In this document: in pieces, positions 57,212 through 64,000 of the stretch
How the letters are laid out: every line of letters begins with the position of its first letter
Numbering within the stretch: the stretch's first letter is position 1
NCBI RefSeq assembly: GCF_009914755.1
Contig: NC_060927.1
Direction: 5' to 3' (one strand)
Length of the DNA: 64,000 bases
Source of the DNA: the human T2T-CHM13v2.0 reference genome, Homo sapiens
Translations under genes and position numbers: made by a program
Notes under the pieces: model-generated
The model's input: only the letters and a program-made list of their open reading frames with translations
Databases searched by the model: none
Told to the model about the DNA's origin: nothing

Positions 57212-57749
57212 TGTTGCAGGAAAGGGGTGCAGACCCAGACCTCAAGAAAGGGCTCTTGGATCTCGTGTAAGAAGGAATTCAGGGCGAGTCCATAGAGTAA
57301 AGTGAAAGCAAGTTCATTAGGTAAGTAAAGGAACAAAAAATGGCTACCCTATAGACAGCAGCCCGGAAGGCTGCTGGTTGCTTATTTTTATGGCCATTTC
57401 TTGATTATATGCTAAACAAGGGGTGAATTATTTATGCCTCCCCTTTTTAGACCATATAGGGTAACTTCCTGATGTTGCCATGTCATCTGTAAACTGTCAT
57501 GGCACTGGTGGGAGTGTAGCAGTGAGGACAACCAGAGGTCACTCATCACCATCTTGGTTTTGGTTGGTTTTAGTTGGCTTCTTTGAAGTAAACTGTTTTA
57601 TCAGCAAGGTCTTTATGACCTGTATCTTCTGCCAACCTCCTATACTTAGAATGCCTTAACTGTCTGGGAATGCAGCCCCATGGGTCGCAGCCTCATTTTA
57701 CCCAGCTCCTGTTCTAGACGGAGTTGCTCTGGTTCACACACCTCTGACA
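57212..57749 (-). mobile_element. MER41A-type ERV1 solo LTR
   Basis: Minus strand begins TGTCAGAGGTGTGTGAACCAGAGCAACTCC; TG...CA ends; 4-bp TSD TTAT. Confidence 0.92.
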
Positions 57750-58779
57750 TTATGAGAATGTCAAAAGATAAAATAAAAATCATATTTCCATATGGGACTG
57801 TCAATGAACCATGAAAGGCTTGATGAACTGATTTCCAGAGAAAGGTGCCCATTATAAGTAAGCAGTGAGATCTGGCAGGTCTGGATGCAGGACGAGCAGA
57901 AGAATGGTCAAGACCCAGGACTTTACTGGGTGGAAATGAAGCCATCTGAGCTATTGGCAACAGTGGAGATCGTGGGCTACATTACGGTCTGAAAGACTAC
58001 CAAGCACAGTAATAGTTTGCTCAACGCAGTCATTCTCTCCACCTTATCCCAAGTTTGCTGAAAACAATGAAATTGAAGTAAGAACTGATAAGCAGACAGA
58101 AATCATTCAATCTGCTGCATCTCCCATATTCTCCCCATACCTGAAATTTAAAAATTCAAAGATATTGCAAGGAATCCCAAATAAAATCCTGATAAGCTCC
58201 ATGAGACTAGCCCTTCCTTGGAAAACTGAATGTTGGCGATTGGGTTAACAAGAGGGAAGCTTCATCTCAGTCCCAGATAAATAAACCCTTGGTGAAATCT
58301 GAACAATCAACTCCCACTTTAGCCAACAGATGAAAAAATAACTTGAAATTTCTTGGCAAAAAGAAAATAAAAACCCAGTGTTAATCCTCTAACCCTATTT
58401 TTCTTCTATACTTAATTTCTACTATGCAATAACAAATTACGAGACCTACGTAGAGGCAGAAATAGGACTCACGCGCAAGGGAAAAAAATCACCAAAAGCA
58501 AACCACAGATGATCCAGATACTGGAATTAGCAGAAAATAATTTAAAAGATCTATCTTCAATAGGAAAATATGAGAATAGGTGGATAGGTGGGTAATCTCA
58601 GCAGAGAATAAAATAAAATAAGTAAGAAAAATTAGTTAAAAATTATATATCTGTAAACTACAATATGTAAAAAAAAAAAATAGATGAACTATACAGAAAA
58701 ATCACAAAATAATCAAATGGTTAGTGACCTTGAAGACAGGTCAGGAGAACTTATCCAAAGTAAAGCATAGAAAAAAAGG

Positions 58780-58836
58780 CATAAACAAACTGTTAAATAC
58801 ATAACAAACTGTTAAAGACATAACAAACTGTTAAAT
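58780..58836. repeat. Three copies of a ~19-bp unit CATAACAAACTGTTAAA(T/G)A
   Basis: Directly visible. Confidence 0.9.
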
Positions 58837-60261
58837 CAAGCAGTCAAATATACCTGTAATTGGAAGAACAGAAGGATAGGAGAGGGAATAAGTCAGAGTA
58901 CAAAAGATCTTGGAGAAACAATGACTGAAAAGTTTCCTTATATGTTTGAAAATACATACATCTACAAATCCAGGAAGGTCGCTGAATCTCCAATGGAGTA
59001 AATTTATGCAAAATGCACATAAGCATATAATTGTCAAACTGAAATCCAAAGGGAAAGAAAAAATTCTAACGGGTACCACAGTAAAGAATGCATCATGTAA
59101 GAGGGAGTAACAATCTCATTAACCCAACGCATTGACATTTTAAAGTGCTAAAAGAAAACAACTAAAAAACGATTATCAACTTAGAATCCTACATCCAGCA
59201 AAAATCGCCTTCAAAACTAAAGGTAAAATACATACTTTTTCAGATAAATGAATAAATAATAAATCAAAGCTGAGAGAATTTGTTGCCATCATATCTGCAC
59301 TATAAGAAATGTCAAAACTTCTTCAATCTGAAGAGAAATGATACCAGTAGGAAATTCAGATCTGCAAAAATAATTGAAGAATGCCAAAAATGGTAAATAA
59401 CAAGGTGAATATGCAAGCATTTTTTCTCCTAATTTGTTTGAAAGACACTTCACTATTTAAAATGAAACATTTATATTGTGAGGTTAATAATATATGAAAA
59501 AGTAAAATGCTTAAGAGCATTAAAAAACATGAAATGGGAATAAATAGAATTATAATTTGATGAGTGTCCTCTATGATATGTGAGGTGGAGTATATTAATT
59601 CAGTATAGAATATGGTAGGTTAAATGTGCATACTTTAGTCCCTAAAGCAAAGCAACTACTTAAAAATAAAATGAAGAAGTATAATAAAAATCTAACAGGT
59701 TATATAAAATAGAATGCTAACTTAATACTACTTTAAACTAATACTAGATTAAAAGGAGGCAGGAAAGTAAGATCAAGGAAACAAAAGAAGAACAAAAAAT
59801 TAAAAATATAAATAAGATGTTAAACTTCAAGTAAATCATATCAATAATTGCATTAAATGTAAAATGACTACACATTCTGAAGAAAAAGCAATATTGTCAG
59901 AGGCGAAAAAAGTCAGCATACTAACAGTATACTGTACACCCTCTACAGAAATTGCATTTTAAACGCAACATGGATAGGTTGAAAGCAAACTCCTAATCAT
60001 AAGAGACCTGGTTCGGCTATATGAATAGCCAACAAAGTAAACTTCAAAACAAGTAGTACCAAAGATAAAGAGATATTTCATAATGATAAATGGAATTCGT
60101 TAAAAAAATACATAATATTTCTAAGTGTGCATGCTACTTATAATAGAGCTTAAAAGTAAGCAAAGCAAAACTTTACAGAAACAAAAAAATAAGCGAATCT
60201 ACAGAAGACATTAACATTTCTGCAAGTAGAAATAGACAAATTCATAGTTATAGTAGGAAAT

Positions 60262-60596
60262 TGTATTACGAATAACCAGGGGTTTGCTCTAGGTCCCATT
60301 GCTCGCCACACAGAAAACCAATCACTGAGACAATGAGTATTGTCAGAGAAGAAGATTTTATTTGGGTGATGTCAGCTGGAGAGGTGGGAGGCAAACCCTA
60401 AATCCACTCTTCACTCTCCCACTCTCCCCCTTTCTCCACGCCCATTCAAGGGTTTATATAGCTGGGAAGGACAACAGAAGGGACAAGGAAAAGAAGTTGG
60501 TCAACAGACAGCAGGTGCATTTCATTATACAAATGTAAGTTTCTCAAGCTTCAGTTCTATAGACACCTGGCTTGTTGGAAAATTGGACTGACTTCA
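60262..60596 (-). mobile_element. ERV1 LTR (MER31/MER67-group; subfamily uncertain)
   Basis: ccaggggttt..tctaggtcc..tgctcgccacacagaaa.ccaatcactgagacaatgagtattg. Confidence 0.65.
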
Positions 60597-60639
60597 ATTT
60601 CAGCATTCCTCTGTCAATAATTAATAGAACAATCATTTA

Positions 60640-61540
60640 ACATGGAAATAATATGACCAGATTTGCTTTTTTTCCCCTCTGGTGGCATTGTCAAAAAGAT
60701 ATTGAAGAATGGAGAGACAGAGAAAAGGTTTACAAATTAGCAGCCATAACAATAATCTAGTGAAACAAGATGATGGCCTTAATTAATGCAGAAACTGGTC
60801 GGGGGGAGTAGAATGAAGCTAATAAACTGGAGATATATTTGGTGTTTGAAAATAATAGAAACTGGTCACTTAGATGTCTGATACAAGGGAGAGGTGGCAA
60901 TAGGAAGACATCTAAAATTTTTAAGGGTTCTTGCTAGGAGACTGCATGGATGCTTTTTATTAAAAACATTGTGAAGAAGAAGAAGCACATCTGAGAGGAA
61001 AGGCAATGAGCTCTCTTTTGGACACTTTTGAAATGTCTGTGAGACATTGTTAAAAATGTCTACAGGGCAATTCAATATGTGAGTATGACATCAGGAAAGA
61101 GGTCAGGTTAGAGATAATTGCAGTGGTTGTAGTCACTGAAATGGTAGGAATACTCCAGTGAGGATAGAAAGAAGACCAAATGCAGAACCCTTGACCTCTG
61201 ACATAAACAGTGCAGACAGCAGAAGAAGAAACTGCAATGAAGAAAAGAAGAAAAGGATGAGATAACGAGACAGGAACCAGAAAAAGTGTGTCATAAAAAC
61301 CAAAGAGAGATAGGAATTTAAGAAGATAATGTCGAAGCGAGATAAGTGGTACAGAAAAGGTGAAGACTTAAGCAGTCATTACATTTGGTGAACAAAAAGT
61401 TACTCCTGACTCCAGTAATTTTCATGAAGAAGTGTGATAGGAACATGGCTGCATTAAATTGAAAACAATAAAAATATGAAGGTGAAGAAAAACTTAGTAT
61501 AGGTTATTCTTTCAGGGAGCTTGATATTTAAGCTAAATAG
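60640..61540 (-). mobile_element. L2 fragment
   Basis: Degenerate L2 body motifs (ttttggacacttttgaaatgtctgtgagacat). Confidence 0.6.
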
Positions 61541-61672
61541 GAACTCTTAACCTGAAATTAGTAATTGAAGAAGGTATTCCTGGTAAGCTGGTACCACCAA
61601 TAATTTAAAAGCCTATTGCTTGAGTTGTAAGAAAGAAGCAATAGGTACTCTCTTCAGCTTAAGAAACCAACA

Positions 61673-61956
<284 letters not shown>

Positions 61957-62321
61957 TTAATAAATTCTTCCCAAATAGATTATTGTAGTTTCTTTCATTA
62001 TTGTAGTTTGGCTGATTTTCAACCTAAGCTACATCTTCAGAGACAATAGTCTTCAATAACATTTTTTATAAGCAGTACTGTCTGTGTGAATGGTATAGGT
62101 AAAACGTAAATCTATAAAGAAGAATGTGATAAACATTTAAAGGCAATTTGGACAAAAGCCTACTTATATTTTTCACCACAAACAGTGGTAAGGTTTGGCA
62201 CAGCGTTCTTAGTAATTTATATAATTGGAGACACTCCCCAGGGAACTTATGAGATTAAACGGTGTATGGAAAAAATGTAAATGGTAGAGAAATCTAAATC
62301 ACAGTCTTGTAAGATATTTCC

Positions 62322-62520
62322 AGCTGGGTACAGTGGCTCATCCCTGTGATCCCAACACTTTGGGAGGCCAAGGCAGGTGGATCACCTGAGCCTGAGTTCA
62401 AGACCAGCCTTGGCAACATGGCAAAACCCCATCTCTACCCAAATTACAAAAGAATTAGCCAGTCACAAAATCCAGTATCAAATAAATAAATAGATAAAAG
62501 TTAAAAATAAAATAAATTTT
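62322..62520 (+). mobile_element. Alu left monomer with a short non-Alu 3' tail
   Basis: Left arm and linker, then attagccagtcacaaaatccagtatcaaataaataaatagataaa. Confidence 0.85.
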
Positions 62521-63299
62521 AAAAACATTTTCTCCTTAGAATAATTCCCTGTTTGAACACCATGGACGTAGCTAGGAAAGTAGTTTACAATTCAAATTTG
62601 ATCGCAAATGAGTAAGCCCTTTCAGTTCTCTACCATGATCTCCAGAAATGTAGGTGAAGGGATTGGAAAGGATCAGGGAAGTTGCAAACAAAGAGCCAAA
62701 TCCTAATTCTATTCTTGAAAATGGGGGAAGAAATGGAAATAGGGCAAATTGGGAAAATCTTTTAATTTGTATGTAGGATTTGGCATTTGAAAAAATAATC
62801 TAACTTGAAAGATCAGTTTTATCCAAGTAGTTCCTGAATAGCCTGACTGCCTCCTGACATAAGAACCAGGAGAACAGTCTGTTGTTTGGGAAGACTGACT
62901 CACCACTGTGAAAGCCACTCTCAGCCCTTGTTTTTCAAGTGGTCACAGAGTTAATGCTTGCCCAGTCTGCTGGGTGGCGCCAGATCATCATATAACTAAA
63001 GAATCCAGGCTGCATCCAGCATTTCAAAAACCTCAAATGAATAAGTATAAATATGTGCTTATCACCCTCACTATGCATTTTAAATTTATCTAACAAAATC
63101 CAAATAAGGATGTGAAAAATTAAACAGCATAAAATATCTCAAGTGTAAATACATTAACTTTAAATGATTTTTTGATATTAATGCTAAAATATTTTATAGG
63201 TAGAAATGTCCAATGCTAATGTCCATACCTCTATGCCTTTTCCAGTTGGAGAAACAAAAATAGGTACAATACTGTTTGCAAAAACTGAATATGTAAGTA

Positions 63300-63723
63300 C
63301 AGTTGGCCCTTGAACAATGTGGGGATTAGGGCTGCCAATCCCTCGCACAGTCAAAAATTTTCGTATAATTTTTGACTCCCCCAAAACTTAAGTACTAATA
63401 GCCTACTGTTGAATGGAAGCATTACCAATAACAAAATGTCAATTAACACGTTTTTTATTAATACAAAATACAGTATACACTGTATTCTTACCCACAAAAA
63501 AGTTAGGGAAAAGGAAATGTTATTAAGAAAATCATGAGGAAGAAAAAATATGTTTATTATTCATCAAGTAAAGTAGGTAATTATAAGGGTCTTCATTTTT
63601 GTCTTTACCTTGAGTAGGCTGAGGAGGAAGAGGAAGAGGAGGGGTTGGTCTTGCTGATTCAGGGGTGGCAGAGGTGAAAGCAAATCTCACGCAGTCGACT
63701 CTGTGTTGCTCGAGGGTCAATTG
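63300..63723 (-). mobile_element. Tigger2a DNA transposon
   Basis: TIRs CAGTTGGCCCTTGAACAA ... TTGCTCGAGGGTCAATTG with TA flanks; homologous to 29343-29814. Confidence 0.9.
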
Positions 63724-63765
63724 TATTCTAATTACTGATGCGCTCACAGACAGCTCTGAGATGAT
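63609..63765 (-). other. Candidate distal first exon of ZBBX overlapping a Tigger2a element (5' boundary approximate)
   Basis: Donor AAG|GTAAAG at 63609; several retained CpGs at 63690-63840; would pair with the otherwise unexplained acceptor at 36283. Confidence 0.4.
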
Positions 63766-64000
63766 TTTGACTTTGTTATATCACCAGCTCAGTATAATAT
63801 CTCCACCGTGTTCCAAGATGATTCCTCATTGTGCCTTCGAGTTTATCTTTAGCTACCAAATTCTTCTCCAAGTTTATTTTAGATGACTACTGTTTCCATT
63901 CTGCACCCAACTCACAATCAGGCCCAATTATCCTGCAGAGTGCCTACCGACTCTCACCCTTTTAAGAATATTCCGTTGTGTGTCTCATAACCTTGAAATT

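Larger units (their letters stand above)
58400..60635 (+). mobile_element. Ancient L1M ORF1, inter-ORF and ORF2 endonuclease remnant, interrupted by an LTR
   Basis: tatcaacttagaatcctacatccagcaaaaat (ORF1) and atatcaataattgcattaaatgtaaa (start of ORF2). Confidence 0.75.

Overview
This is AT-rich primate (very likely human) genomic DNA containing the 5' part of the ciliated-cell/sperm gene ZBBX on the minus strand. Six GT-AG coding exons (28712-28779, 24339-24452, 21768-21858, 16558-16606, 15753-15862, 6306-6401) splice in frame to 528 nt/176 aa ([16 protein letters not shown]...CGQC...CLEC...CSGC...HRTTLLQ), giving a predicted coiled coil followed by a B-box; the gene continues beyond position 1. 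A small CpG island near 35.9-36.3 kb carries three clustered RFX X-box-like sites. Splice signals suggest a multi-exon, uORF-rich 5' leader partly built from two Tigger2 DNA-transposon copies, one internal (29.6 kb) and one distal (63.6 kb). The rest is interspersed repeats (L1, L2, MIR, Alu, MaLR/ERV1 LTRs, Tigger, MER20), microsatellites and small tandem duplications; repeat family names are from recalled consensus sequences, not a RepeatMasker run. I see no new multi-gene system. The best leads are the transposon-built leader, a possible recursive splice site at the B-box exon flanked by a chain of hairpins, and a candidate in-frame cassette exon at 735-779.
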